From Mustelus asterias (Eukaryota): a stretch of DNA of 64,000 nucleotides. This document shows positions 25,600 to 38,674 of the stretch, one piece after another. The DNA is taken from the NCBI RefSeq assembly GCF_964213995.1, contig NC_135802.1:90520001-90584000 (forward strand), given 5' to 3'. Positions within the stretch are counted from its first letter, which is position 1. Each line of letters starts with the position of its first letter. The translations under genes were made by a program, and so were the position numbers. Under the pieces are notes generated by a model that worked only from the letters and a program-made list of their open reading frames with translations, was not told the DNA's origin and searched no databases.

Positions 25600-25900
25600 C
25601 ATTTGAATCTGTCTTTAAGGGAGGATTGTTTCTGTAACTCTTTATTTAACCACCTCTGTACTCCACCCTATCACAGACCTCTCCCTTTTATTCCTTTCAT
25701 GCTCTTCCAGCCCCGTCTCCATAAACATTCGTTTAAATTCTCTTCACCCTTTGACATTTTCCAGTTCTGATGAAAGGTCACCAGCCTGAAATGTGAACTA
25801 TGTTTCTCTCTCCACAGATGCTGCCTGATTTGCTTCACATTTGTAGCATTTATTGGTGATAATTTCAGATTTCTAGCATCTGCAATATTTTACTTTTATT
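25600..25900 (+). mobile_element. Penelope-like terminus
   Basis: ctgatgaaaggtca...tgaaa...ctctctccacagatgctgcc; related copies at 38270-38620, 39790-40125, 42070-42175 and 56205-56375. Confidence 0.7.
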
Positions 25901-26002
25901 TAGTAAAGTGTATTAATGTGTTCTGATCAGGGTCTTATTGTGATGCTATTTACTACTGCCCATTATTTCATGCCATATTTTCCTCTATTGCCAAATAAAG
26001 GT

Positions 26003-26335
26003 TAGAATCATACAGTCTAAAAGAGACCCATCGGCCCATTGAGTCTGCACCAATACATGAGAATCACCTGACCTCCCACCTAATCCCATTTACCAGGCCT
26101 GTAGCAAACAGACTGCCCATCTGATTTGTAACCCCCTACCCTTCCGGGGACCATATGCTTCTATTCCCATTCCATTCACGTAGCTGTAAAGATGTCCCTT
26201 GAAGGTCACTATCATATCTGCCTCCGCAACCTCCCCCGGCAGCAGGTTCCAGGCACCCACTACCCTCTCTGTGCAAATAAACATGCCTCATACACCTACT
26301 TTAAACCTTGCCCCTCGCACCCGAAACTCGTGCCC
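26003..26335 (-). mobile_element. CR1 3' fragments
   Basis: Matches 20610-20800. Confidence 0.75.
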
Positions 26336-27766
26336 CTGAGAAGTTGCCTCAAAGTGAGTGGAGGAATGATAGGTGCTCACGTCTTGATGGCAGCCCGACC
26401 ATGCTGTCACTGACAGCCCACATCTCCCCTTCCCTTGAGAGCTCCAGCGCCTGCTCTTCAAAGGGGGTGAGGACCCGGAGGTCTGGCCCCTGTCTTCACC
26501 CTCTCACGGGTTTATGGTGGTCTTCTCCTGTGGAGACAGAAGGAGCCATGAAAGAAATGATGGTGTGATTCCTGCAGAGTATCAGGTGGTGGCCCTCAGA
26601 GGGCAAGCGCAGTGAGAATCATTGGGGGGATAGGAAAGAGTTGCTTGGGGGTCAGGAGCTGGAAGCATGCAGGGTGCTGGGGAGGATCTGGGGGAGATTT
26701 GGGGGAGATACTCACCCTTGCTGCACGGATGAGGTCATTGACCTTTTTCCAGCACTGCTTCCTGGTTCGGGGGGGCCAGTGCCCTGGCACTGACCGAGGC
26801 GGCAACTTCCTCCCTGGCTGCATTGCCATCAGCCCCCCTGGGTCTGCGTCCTCCTGGGGGGAAGAGGGTGTCCCACCTACATTGCATCCAGTAGCCTCCC
26901 CGGATCGCCCTCAGAAAACCAGGGGGGCTGGTCGTGTGCACATTGTCCTGTACTGCCTGCCTGTCCAGTCTTGAGCTTTTAATGCAGTTGCCTCTCGTTA
27001 GGACAGATCAGCTGCAGGCAGTTTGGCAGAGCATTCCAGCAAGTTCCATGCAGTTTGTTTGTTAGCATTGAGGGGAAGTGAGCACTTGAATGTGTGCTGA
27101 TGGGGGGAGCAGGGGTGGTGGATGAGTGCCTCAATGACTGGGGACAGGGGAGAGAGAGAGGGAGGTGTCACACAGCCATCAGAGTCTGGAGGAGATGGGG
27201 GCCTTGTGCGGGAGGGTCTGGGGTGGGGGTGAAGGGGATCACTCGGCCTGATGTCTGTACGGTGGAAGGGAGAGGGTGGATCTCTCTGCCTGAGATCAGT
27301 GGGGGGAAAGGGGGGTCTGCTGCCACTCTGCCTGAGATCAGTGGGGGGAAAGGGGGGTCTGCTGCCACTCTGCCTGAGATCGGTGGGGGGAAGCAGGAAA
27401 GGCCTGCAATCAGTCTGGGTGCCGGGGGTTGGGGGGATATGGAGGTCAGTAATTTTGTGGGGGGTGGGGCAATGTCTGTGGGGGCCAGGGGGAGGCATTA
27501 TCAGGCCCGGGAGGGATGTGGCAGGGGAGCATTATTCTATCATTTTTTTTCTGCACATGCGCAGTTGGAGGCGCCGATCGGAGCTGCAGGGTTTTGGGTG
27601 CGTTAAGCCCCGCCCACCGGCTTGTGCAGCGATTCAGAATCGCTGATACATTTTCAGGCAGCCTGCGTATGGGGGAGCCAGAGAACGGGCCTCAAAGTCG
27701 GATCTGAAACACTCCCAGTTTCAAGTTCGCCCAGCACTTAGAATCAAAATGGTAAAATATGGCCCT
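26335..27766 (-). mobile_element. Non-autonomous Harbinger derivative with Myb remnant and 42-bp tandem repeat
   Basis: RTRKQCWKKVNDLIRAAR (ORF 26596); terminus ggtaaaatatggccc; 42-bp unit about 2.6x at 27283-27393. Confidence 0.7.
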
Positions 27767-27789
27767 CAGTTTCTATTTCATGGTGAATG

Positions 27790-28800
27790 AAATTACTGAC
27801 TGAGGTAAACATAGAGCTATCCTGCTGAGCATGTATAGAAGTTAAATATATAATCTGATTAGGAACCTCACTGCCACGGATGCAACCAGTACTAAGTCAT
27901 ACAGTGAGTTAGTGGAGCTTGTAAAGTCCCATTCTCAGCCAAAACCATGAGTAATTATGCAGAGCTTCAAGTGCAACATGAGCATTCATGCTCCAAAAGA
28001 GAATCTATTGCTACCTTTGTGGGGAACTTGAAACAGCTCACCGAGTACTGAGAGTTTGGGGATCTTTTGAATGATATGCTGCAGGACAGGCTGGTATGCG
28101 GGTGAATGACGATACCATACAGCACTGTTTGCTTGCTAAACCAGATATTAATTTCACACAAACTCTGGAACTTTCTTTCATTATGGTGAATGATGCAAGA
28201 GATTCTCAGGATATACAGTGCATGAACAATGGAACACTGCACCACGTTGGACAGAAGTCTGCCACTACCCATAGTGCAAAGGACAGCACAGCAGATTTTC
28301 AACACAATTCCCTGTCTATCATATGGCAAGTCAGGAAGCCTACTTACAATGTGTCAGCTGACAAGGTAGGCATTTGCTATAGGTGTGGAGGGAATAATGG
28401 AGTGGACGCATGCAGATTTATAGAGGCAGTGAGCTACTATTGCCATAAGAGAGGGTGCCTGGCGAGGCGGTGCAGAACAAAAAGTTAAGTAGAGCAGAGT
28501 GCAAATCTGATTGAGTCAACTGACATTGCAGAAGCTGCTGCTGCTGCTGTATACTCTCTGTGTCAGGTGACTGCTGTGAAATCTGTTCCCATTACAGTGT
28601 CAGTCTAGGTGAATGGAAAGCAACACAAGATGGAGGTACACATTGGTGCTTCAGCTCCTGTTGTTTGGAAATGCACATTGATGTACCTCAGTGAAAGGAG
28701 TAAGCCATTGACATTGGAGTATATGTCTACCCAATTAAGAACCTACTCTGGAAAGCCTTTTCACGTCAAGGGCTTTTGATTAAATATCAGGGTACTGCCC
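27790..28800 (+). mobile_element. Decayed Gypsy gag-protease fragment
   Basis: LQDRLVC.VND..IQ..LL, CYRCGG...C...C.K.G.LAR.C zinc knuckles, MEVHIGAS (eroded DTGAS). Confidence 0.8.
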
Positions 28801-29779
28801 GTGCATGTCCCTCTCCCCCAGGGCAATACTGAACTGTGCAGCCCTGGCAGGTTCCCGTTGCCTCGTTCAGGTTTGTAAAAACCTATCACTGACGTGACAT
28901 CACGTTGGCGAGGGGGGAGATCCCAATGTTGGGTGAACATATAGCAGGGATGGCCTTTAAAATGATGATGGTTCATTTAAATGAGGTTCCTGACATGTCT
29001 GGGTGGGAACCTTATCACTTCATCTGTGAGGGAGTGTGGGGAAAATCTGAAAACATGATCTCACCAGTGAGATTCTGGTTTTCTGACTCCTGCAGGATTT
29101 TGTGTCCATGTCGTTATTCTTTGTTCACAAGAGAAGATAAAGACGAGAGACAAATGCTTTGTTCATTTTCTGACATGTTGCAGTAAACATACAAGAAACT
29201 TAAGGTGGAGGAAATGTAGTCATTGACTTGGTCGTCCCTCCCTCTTGCCAATCAGCCTGGGGGCGGCACCAGGGGAGTGGCTTTCGGTAGAAAGCTGGCG
29301 ACAAACATGTCAGCTTGGCACAATGTGTTCCCAATAAAAGTTACATTTACCTGCACCAAATCTGTTCCTCCCTCTATGCCACGTACTTTCTGATTGTCTC
29401 TGCCTATTACTTCATCTAAGCAACTCCCACCCTCACTTTCCTCCTGTCCTCTCCTTGGCCTCGTCATTCAGGCCATCCCTCCTTTCATTTTGTTATTCAA
29501 ATACTTTTCCCCTTCTAATCTATACCCCAACTCAGCACTAATCCATTTCAATCTCCTTCCACTGTCCAATGCTTAAATCCTCCTTCACTGTTGTCCTCTG
29601 TGGGGAACTTCTAAGGGGCATGTCGAGACTGTAGCTGTCTCCTTAGATGCAGCAGCCCCAACTGAATCCTGCGGATCTGGAAGCGCTGGGTGATCAACAG
29701 ATTTGTTGGTGTCTTTCTGTAAGGCATCCCTTCTGATGGGGTACATGGACGAGTATGTTTAGTTGTGGGGACATTGGAA

Positions 29780-31445
29780 TTTTTTTCATTCATGGAACAT
29801 GGGCGTCGCTGGCTGGCCAGCATTTATTGCCCATCCCTAGTTGCCCTTGAGAAGATGGTGGTGAGCTGCCTTCTTGAATCGCAGCATGTTCTGTGGGTTG
29901 ACTCACAATGCCGTTAGGGAGGGCATTCCAGAATTTTGACCCAGCAACTGTGAAGGAATGGCAATAAATTTCCAAGTCAGGATGGTGAGTGGCTTGGAGG
30001 GGAACTTGCAGGAGGTGGTGTTCCCCTATATCTGCTGCCCTTGTCCTTCTAGATGGAAGTGGTCATGGGTTTGGAAGGTGCTGTCTAAGGATCTTTGGTG
30101 AATTGCTGCAGTGCATCTTGTAGATAGTACACACTGCTGCTACTGAGTATCAATGGTGGAGGGATTAAATGCTTGTAAATGTGGTGCCAATCAAGCGGGT
30201 TGCTTTGTCCTGGATGGTGTCAAGCTTCTTGGGTGTTGTTGGAGCTGCACCCATCCAGGCAAGTGGAGAGTATTCCATCACACTCCTTACTTGTGCTTTG
30301 TAGATGGTGATAGGCTTTGGGGAGTCAGGAGGTGAGTTACTTGCCCCAGTATTCCTAGCCTCTTAACTGCTCTTGTAGCCACTGTGTGTACATGGTGAGT
30401 CCAGTTGAGTTTCTGGTCAATAGTAACCCCAAGGATGTTGACAGTGGGGGATTCAGTGATGGTTACACCATTGAATGTTACGGGGCGGTGGTTAGAGTGG
30501 TTCGAGTGTCTCTTATTGTGATGATCATTTCCTGGCATTTGTGTGGTGCAAATGTTACTCGCCACTTGTCAGCCCAAGCCTGGATGTTGTCCAGATCTTG
30601 TTGCATTTGAACATGGGCTGCTTCAGCATCTGTGGTGTCAAGAATGGTGCTGAACATTGTGCAATCATCAGCAAACATCCCCACTTCTGACCTTATGATG
30701 GAAGGAAGGTAATTGATGGGTCAGCTGAAGATTGTTGGGCCTAGGACACTACCCTGAGGGACTCCTGCAGAGATGTCCTGGAGCTGAGATGACTGACCCT
30801 CCACAACCACAACCATCTTCCTATGTACCAGGTGTGACTTCAACTAGCGGGGAGTTTGCCCCCTGATACCCATTGATTCCAGTTTTGCTAGGGCTCCTTG
30901 ATGCCACACTCAGTCGAATGCAGCCTTGATGTCAAGGGCTGAGACTCTCACCTCACCTTTGGAATTCAGCTCTTTTGTCCGTGTTTGAACCAAGGCTGTA
31001 ATGAGGTCAGGAGCTGAGTGACCCTGGCAAAACCCAAACTGGGTGTCATTGAGCAGGTTATGACTGAGCAGGTGCTGTTTGATAGCACTGTTGATGAGCC
31101 CTTCCATCACTCTGCTGATGATCGAGAGTCGACTGATTGGGCGGTAATTGGCCGGGTTGGATTTGTCCTGCTTTTTGTGTACAGGACATACCTGGGCAAT
31201 TTTCCACATTATTGGGTAGATGCCAGTATTGTAACTGTACTGGAAGAGCTTGGCTAGGGGAGCAGCAAGTTCTGGAGCACCAGTCTTCAGTACTATTGCT
31301 GGAATGTTATCAGGGCCCATTGCCTTTGCAGTATCCAGTGCCTCCAGCTGTTTCTTGATATCACGTGGCATCCGAGATGCTGGGGACCACTGGAGGAGGC
31401 AGAGCTGGATCATCCACTTGGCACTTCTGGCTGAAGCTTTGCCTT
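29780..31445 (-). mobile_element. CR1-group LINE (second family), RT and 3' end
   Basis: KAMGPDNIP, NYRPIS, QFGF, LDIKAAFD, MFADD; (ttca)n tail. Confidence 0.93.
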
Positions 31446-31949
31446 AATAAAATGAATGCAAGGGCAGTGCAATATTTTTAGAAAGCACACAAAAATGAAA
31501 TTATATATAATGAGGCTTGTCCAGCCTCTACCAACCTTCTGCTGCCAGCTCACTCTATCATCACCCTCTCCTTTAGGTTTGGAACCTTTAACATTAACTC
31601 CTTTCTCTTTGGATATGTTATCAGTCATAGCTGTCCTCTCACAGTTATCTTTCAATGAATTGATTGCTTGCCCTTTATTTCCTTTGGGGGTTGGGCGGAG
31701 AAGACAAAGTTACAGGCCTGTGTGTATCATTGAGACTTTCAGGTCATTAATGTCATAATGATGTGAGAAAAAGGTGTATTTCTCTTTTAAATAAAAGATA
31801 TCCAAAGACTCTCAAAAGTTTTTGAAGCAGAAGAAACAAGTGAAGAGTGGTTTTGAATACTGGAGTGATTGTGGAAAGCTTGCACTTAGCAGAACAGGCA
31901 CCCAGAGGTTGATAAAGAATAGCATGATTGTTAAAGAGATGGACGAATC

Positions 31950-32640
31950 TGTAAGATGGTGAAATATATATATGTTGTTACCAATGTGTGGCTTTCTGTG
32001 GCTTTCCTTGGCTATCATTGTGAGGTCTTTGAACCTCCTCCTGCACGATGTAACAATTCTTGAACTGGTGAAGGTTGCACTGACTGCCATGTCCCTCCAT
32101 ATGGGAGGGCAGGGGGCCTTACAGTTGCTGACCCTGCCTCCCCCTCCCCTGAAAGATGTTGCTGATACCTTAGACCAGTGGTTCCCAAACTTTTTTCACT
32201 AGGCCACACTTTCAGAATAAAAATTTGCTCGCGCCGCAACAAATTTCTTATTGATAAGAAATACATTCAAAAACAAAAAAAACCAACTCCTAGCAATGCT
32301 TGATTCATAACAAAGAAGACAACTACTTTATAATATGATCATGGGACATCTAGAAAGTATAAAACAATGCTTGTTTAAACCATGTTTAAATGTTTCTTTG
32401 ATTGTCCTTGAATCTTCCCGCCACACTTGCCATCCTCTCTCGCCGCACCAGTGTGGCGTGCCGCACCCTTTGGGAACCACTGCCTTAGATAATGCGGTCA
32501 TCCTTTTTCCCAGCTGTTCAGAATGTGATGTTCCCCTTTAACTGGGTGAATCAGATGTGAATGCCTGATCGAGTCTGCAGCAATGGGCTGACACAACTGC
32601 AGGTGTGGGTAATCCATTACTTTGCATCTGATCTTGCTGG
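31950..32640 (-). mobile_element. Decayed Harbinger Myb fragment (interrupted by MITE)
   Basis: VSATFTSSRIVTSCRRRFKDL (ORF 31812). Confidence 0.5.
32176..32482. mobile_element. hAT/Charlie-type MITE
   Basis: 14-bp perfect TIR cagtggttcccaaa; 8-bp TSD ccttagac/ccttagat. Confidence 0.92.
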
Positions 32641-32695
32641 CATGCCTTTCATCTCGTACAACTTCAACAGTGAAATATTAAGTTGCCTTGCCTAC

Positions 32696-32964
32696 TGCTG
32701 TTAGATTTTCAGATATCTCACAGCTCTTTGAGCTCCCACGAAAGATTGCATCACAAAGAAAAGGCTCCTTTTCCACATCCATAGATTGCGAAACTCCCTC
32801 GTTCTGCCAAAAACTCATAAAAACTTCATTCAGCTTTCTGGTCAGGTTGCAGGCAGTTTCAGATTTCACAGAAAGGTTCGTGATTTTACCAGAAACAAGA
32901 TACAAAGGAGCACTTAATTTCTTCCAAGAATTGGTAATTTTAATGCTAAAAATATTCAGTAAAA
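32696..32964 (-). pseudogene. Probable exon (extracellular domain 2), frame still open
   Basis: Strong acceptor ttcatttctcttcaatttctag; open LLNIFSIKITNSWKKLSAPLYLVSGKITNLSVKSETACNLT...; several N-x-S/T sites; donor gtaggc. Confidence 0.5.
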
Positions 32965-33134
32965 CTAGAAATTGAAGAGAAATGAAGAAGTCTCTGCCAT
33001 TTTAAAACTGGAACTTCCTGTCTGGTTATTCTCACAGAACACACACACTATGCGAAAAGAGGAAAAATTGTGTTATGCACTATTTACATTGAAATATTCA
33101 AATAAAGCTCTCACTTGTCTTGGATGAGAAAAAT

Positions 33135-33668
33135 GGAGTGCGATTCTCCTAAAAAAATTCAAATTCACATAAAAACTGGAGTAAATCGCGTTGGTTTTTT
33201 CAGCAGGATTTTCAAAATGAATCTCCCACACTGTGCTCTGCAGAGGGCACTAGCGTGAATATCATTAAAAATCTGTGGGCGGGGCCTATTCCCACTGGAG
33301 AGGCTGGCAATGTAGCGTTGAGTGGGCCACTGCGCATGCGTCGATCTGTCATCTGATCCGGCAGGCCGACCCACTCCCCCCACCCGATGGCCAGCCCCGA
33401 TCACTGGCCTCTCTCTCTCTGTAACCACCGAGTGCAGGGTGGCAGCAGAAACCCCTACCCCCACCGATCTCCTCCCTGCCCCTCCAGAGGCCCTGCCCCT
33501 GATAAGGCCCCACACCCTCAGGCCCAGACCTCTTCGCACATCCAAGGTACCCCCTAGGCATTGCCACTTTGCTCCTTGGCCAGTGTCAGGGGGCTAGGCT
33601 GGCACTGCCAAGCTGGCAATGCCCAAGGGGAACAACCCCTCCCCCCCCCCTCACCCGACCTCCAAGCT
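33135..33668. mobile_element. GC-rich Harbinger-type non-autonomous fragment
   Basis: Terminus ggagtgcgattctcc; composition like 26335-27766. Confidence 0.55.
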
Positions 33669-34197
33669 AACAGAAATAAGCAGATTTGCTGTTGCTAAAT
33701 TTTTCTGTTTCTCTCTGTGGTGCTTTCCCAAGAGGAGGGGAAAAGTCAACTGGCAAGTTAATTCTGGTCATGGTACAAACCCGAGAAATCACCAGTCACC
33801 AAAGAACCAACAATGAATCCAGGGGAAATGTCTTTACCAAGAGTGTATTGATGGCATTGAACTTGCTACCACAAGGAGTAGTTGAGACAAATGCATCTCG
33901 GGGAAGTTAGATCAGTCCACAAGGGATAATAGAATTAAAATATTTGTTGATCGGGATCTCTGAGGGCCACATGACCAGGCCGGACCCTATGAAGAGGCAG
34001 CATGGGAAGCCAAGCTAATCGGGTGCAAGAGCACATGTCCCGGGTCAGGGAGGAACCTCAGTAGGAGCCTGGGAACAGATGAGAGTAGATGTGTATTACA
34101 GTTCTGTAGACCATATAGAAATATTGTTGATAATAAACCCTTTATAACTTGAAGCTACAATGAGTCACTTTCAACATTATTACAAATCTACTGGATG

Positions 34198-34390
34198 GAA
34201 AGATGTGCAGGTTAAGTGGATTGGCCATGCTAAATTATCCCTTGGTGTCCTGAGATGAGTAGGTTAGAATAATTAGCTGTGGCGAATGTGTGGGGTTACA
34301 GGGATAGGGCAGGGGAAGGGACCTGCGTAAGATACTCGGTGCATACTCAATGGGCCGAATGGCTTCCTCCTGCACTATGGGGATTCTATT
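34198..34390 (+). mobile_element. HE1 SINE 3' half
   Basis: attggccatgctaaatt...gggattctat. Confidence 0.8.
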
Positions 34391-34610
34391 AATGGTCTGT
34401 TTCTCTACTTTAGTTTACACATAATCTCCTAGAACCCTAGTCAGTCAGCTACAAATCTCAACTGTAAAATGGAGAAAAATGCAATATTAAAATCTGGACA
34501 TTAAAATATGTTACATGAAAAAACAACATGAAACAAAAGACAATAGTTTCTATGGATAAAAGCCATTTTTTGCCTTCCCTCCAAGGCAGGAGTTAGGCAG
34601 TTTTGAAGTT

Positions 34611-34627
34611 GTCAACAGGGGGCAGTG
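34611..34627 (+). promoter_or_regulatory. Candidate CTCF motif
   Basis: GTCAACAGGGGGCAGTG with GCAGT upstream. Confidence 0.45.
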
Positions 34628-34947
34628 TTGCTCTGTAAATCAGGTGATTGAAATACAAGCTGCTGTTAAGTTCTGGTGAAAATCTTTCACTCCCTTTGGG
34701 GAAGAAGAGACTGCTGATGTATTTGTGACATTTAGAGTTTAAAACTCGATCTTCAGATGGAGCTCAAGCATGTGGGGCTGGAATGTGCAGACAGTGTACA
34801 ATTCATTGTGAATGTAAATATTACACAAATGTAAGTTGGATTTGCACTCCAGCACAGTAGCACCAATTACCTACCCACAAAAATGAAGGAAAGAGTCCGT
34901 ATGGATTTTGACTGATGGTTAAGAGAGTTAAGTCGAATATAAATTAA

Positions 34948-35335
34948 TTAGAATCATAGAATCCCTGCAGTACAGAAGGAGGCCATTCGGCCCATCGAGT
35001 CTGCACTGACCACAATCCCATCTATTCCCGTAACCGCACACATCTACCCTGCTAATCCCCTGACACTAAGGGGCAATTTAGCATGGCCAATCAACCTAAT
35101 TCGCACACCTTTGAACTGTGGGTGGAAACTGGAGCACCCGGAGGAAACACACGCAGACATGGGGAGAACGTGCAAACTCCACAAAAGCAGTGACAGAAAC
35201 AATACTTTTCACTGTATGCTAATACATGTGACAATAATAAATCAGATCAAATCAAAAACCCAAGAGTGGAATTGAACCCAGGTCCCTGGCACTGTGAGGC
35301 AGCAGAGATAACCACTGTGCCACCATGCCACCCAA
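34948..35335 (-). mobile_element. HE1 SINE with an inserted Rex1 tail (35195-35256, + strand)
   Basis: Insert agaaacaatacttttcactgtat...aataaatcagatcaaatc matches 3455-3507. Confidence 0.88.
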
Positions 35336-35410
35336 TGTTATGTATATATTATGGCAGCAATCAAACGGTCCTCTGTATGAGCATGAATTTATAATGATGC
35401 ATGTTCATAC

Positions 35411-35870
35411 CTGAATCAATCTTTCCCTGATCAATCTGCTGTGTATTTCCAGCATGTTCACAGGTTCAGTACAGAGTCGGTGTTCACAGATTGAATCAGG
35501 AGCCCTGGCCACCCAGAAGTGTTGAACCCACAGATTTCTCTCTGGGTTCATGTTTACAAGGAGCTGTATCGTTACCGAGCTCAGAATTCTGAGCGATGCA
35601 CTTCAGGGGCTTTGTGAATAATTTTAAGTTGCTTGTGACATTTCCACAGGCAAGCAAAGACCACTCAGAGAAACAGAATTCCCCGGGCTCTTGAAATAGC
35701 AGTTTCCACATGGAAACTGCTATTTCAAAGAGTGTCACTGAGACACGAGTCAGAAGAAATTCAGAGCCGACATCTTTTTAAAGGAGTAAATTTACATTCG
35801 CATTAGGAAATAAATCTCATGCAGTAACTCGCTGGAATGTTAGTGGCCTTGTGACACCAACGATTTTTGA
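35411..35870 (-). pseudogene. Probable pseudo-exon (extracellular domain 2)
   Basis: Unique coding-like sequence, donor cag|gtatga at 35410, overlapping open frames needing a frameshift; no diagnostic motif. Confidence 0.35.
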
Positions 35871-35878
35871 AAACACCC

Positions 35879-36870
35879 AGGGCCAAATCTTCCCGTCTCC
35901 CGATCATGGGAGACCGGACGCTGGAAGATGTGCGCATGGACCCCGCGGAAGTCCTAAACTTTTGGGGCAATTTCCCTGCCACCTAGAAACCTACACACAG
36001 TACTCAGCTGGAGAGTTACCCTGGAAATGTTACACGGAATAGCCCAAACCTTCTGAGCAGTGGTAATAAAGAGCAGAGTGTCATTGCGCTTGAAGGTTCC
36101 CCGACTTGACATTGCTGCGCATTTCTTCTGGGATCTTCCCATCCCAGCTGTCACAGAAATCGCAGCACAGCATCCTGCGGGAACTCTGTCAGAGCGGGCT
36201 AGGGTCTGGAAAAGACAGAACAAGCCACTTTTATACAGCACCGGCTGCCACGTGGTAAAGTTAAAGGCCCAATCTTTGAGTGTGAGGGAATCGATGGATA
36301 ACGGATGGGTGAAAGGTTGAATGGATTCGTGGGCTGGGTGGGTGAGTGGGAACGAAAGTGAGTGTGAGGGTGGGTCAGGCGGGTGGTGAGTGGGAGTATG
36401 GGTGTGTGGGAGGGTTGGTGTGTGGGAAGGTAGGTGAGTGGGAGGGTGGGTGTGTGGGAGGATTGGTGTATGGAGGGTTGGTGTATGGAGGGTTGGTGAA
36501 TGGAAAGATGGGTGAGTGGAGGGTGGGTGAGTGGAGGGTGGGTGTGTGGGAGGGTAGGTGAGTGGGAGGGTGGGTGAATGGAAAGGTGGGTGAGTGAAGC
36601 GAGAGTGGGAGGGTGGGTCAGGAGGATGGGTGAGTGGGAGGGTTGGTGAGTGAGAGGGTGGGTGAGTGAGAGGGTAGATGAGTGAGAGGGTGGGTGAGTG
36701 AGAGGGTGGGTGAGTGAGAGGGTGGGTGAGTGAGAGGGTGGGGGAGTGGAAAGGTGGGTGAGTGAAAAGGTGGGTCAAGTACTTTTCTGGAACTGTCTTC
36801 CATTTTTAAAAAAATGGACGCTAACAAGAATGTTAAATAGTTGCCACGGGTCAGGTGACTTCTATGATTT
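35879..36870. mobile_element. Harbinger-type element with G-rich tandem tract (36330-36775)
   Basis: Terminus gggccaaatcttccc; degenerate (gggtgggtgagtgaga)n, about 16-bp unit. Confidence 0.6.
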
Positions 36871-36904
36871 CTATGCAGACTACCTCAAGTTTGTAGAAAG
36901 TTAA

Positions 36905-38008
36905 ACATAGAACCATTCAACATGACCATGGCTGATCCTTTATCTCAATGCCACACTCCAGCGCTCTCGCCAAAACCATGACATCTTTAGACTCTAGAAA
37001 TCTATCTATTTTCTTCTTAAATATTTTCAGTGACTTCACCACCCTCCCAGTGAAAAAATTTCTCTTCATCTCAGTCCTAAATGGCCTACCCCATATCCTG
37101 AGACAGTGACCCCTTGTTCTGTTTTCCCACTCACTTAACTTGTCTAAGTCACCTTGAAGCCTCTAAATATCTTCCTCAACATTTGCATTCCCACCAGGTT
37201 TCATGTCATCAACAAACTTGGAAATATTACTTTTAGTCCCCTCATCCAAATTATTGATGTACATTGTGAATAACTGAGACCCAAGCACTGATCCCACTAG
37301 CCACTGTCTGCCACTTCAAAAAAGACCCATTTGTTCCTACTCTCTGTTTCCTGTCTGCTCACCAATTCTCAATCCACGTCAATAGATTATCCGCAATCCA
37401 ATGCACTTCAATTTTGCACACTAACCTCTTACGTGGGGCTTTATTAAAAGTTTACTGAAAATCCAAATATTCCACATCAACTTGTTCATCCTCATCTACT
37501 CCACTAGTTAAATCCACAAAGATTTCAGTAGATTTCTCCAACATGTTTTCCCTTTCATAAATCCATGTTGACTTTGTCTAATCCCATTGATATTTTCTAA
37601 ACGTCCTGTCGTCACATTCTTTATAGTAGACTCTCACACTTTACCTACTACAGATGTTAGGATAACCAAGCTGCAATTCCTTATTTATTCCCTCCCTCCT
37701 TTTTAAATAGTGGGGTTGCATATGCAACCCTCCAATCTGCCGGGATTGTTCCAGAATCTGCAGAACTTTGGAAGATGACAACCAACACATCCTCTATTTC
37801 CATGGTCACCTCCCTTAGCACCCTGGGATGTAAATTATCTGGCCCTGGAGATTCATTGGCTTTCAGCCCATTAATTTCTCCAACACTAGTTTGCTAGTAA
37901 TACTAGTTTCCTTCAATTCCTCCTTCTCCCTTGATTCCTTTGCATTTCTGGGAAGTTATTTATGTCTTCCTCCATGAAGAAAGAACTAAAGTAATTGTTT
38001 AATTGCCA
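36905..38008 (-). mobile_element. Old CR1 fragment
   Basis: Similar to 22900-23500. Confidence 0.8.
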
Positions 38009-38009
38009 T

Positions 38010-38205
38010 TTTATTTATTTGTCACAAGTAAGGCTTACATTAACACTGCAATGAAGTTACCGTGAAATTCCCCTAGTTGCCACACTCTGGCGTCTGTTCG
38101 GGGCAATGCACCTATCAGCACGTCTTTCAGACTGTGGGAGGAAACCGGAGCACCCGGAGGAAACCCACGCAGACACGGGGAGAACGTGCAAAACTCTACA
38201 CAGAC
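38010..38205 (-). mobile_element. HE1-headed SINE with alternative tail (partial)
   Basis: As 11470. Confidence 0.85.
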
Positions 38206-38674
38206 CGTTCATAGTTAATAAGTCAAACTTCTTTATCAAGAAACCAAAGTTGTCACGTTGTTAGGATAAATAAACAGATAAGATGGAGGAAATAGTCAGC
38301 AGGCCTGGCAGCATCAGTGATGAGAGAAAGAATTAACATTTCGGGTCAATTCCGTTCAATCAGAACAAGACAAAAATGAAAGAATTAATAGATTTCAAGC
38401 AAGTGAAATGGGAGAAGGGCGAGTGTAAAAGAGCAAAACAAAAGATCTGTGATATGTTGAATGGCAGCAGAAATTAAATAACCAAAGGGTTGATGGTGGA
38501 ATGTGAAGGGGAATGGTTGTCAGAGAAGTAAAGAAACAAAAGATTTGTCCAGTGGAAATGTGAACAGCAGAAACATGAACAGCTGCCGTCCAAAAGCGAA
38601 AAAAAGAAATTTGCCAATTTGTCAAGGATTTATTGTAGTGTTAACATATCAATGTTAAATTAACTTTGGTTTAC

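Noticed and set aside
35954-36778. 274-aa His/Pro/Thr-rich ORF
   Set aside because: Low-complexity tandem tract within a transposon derivative.
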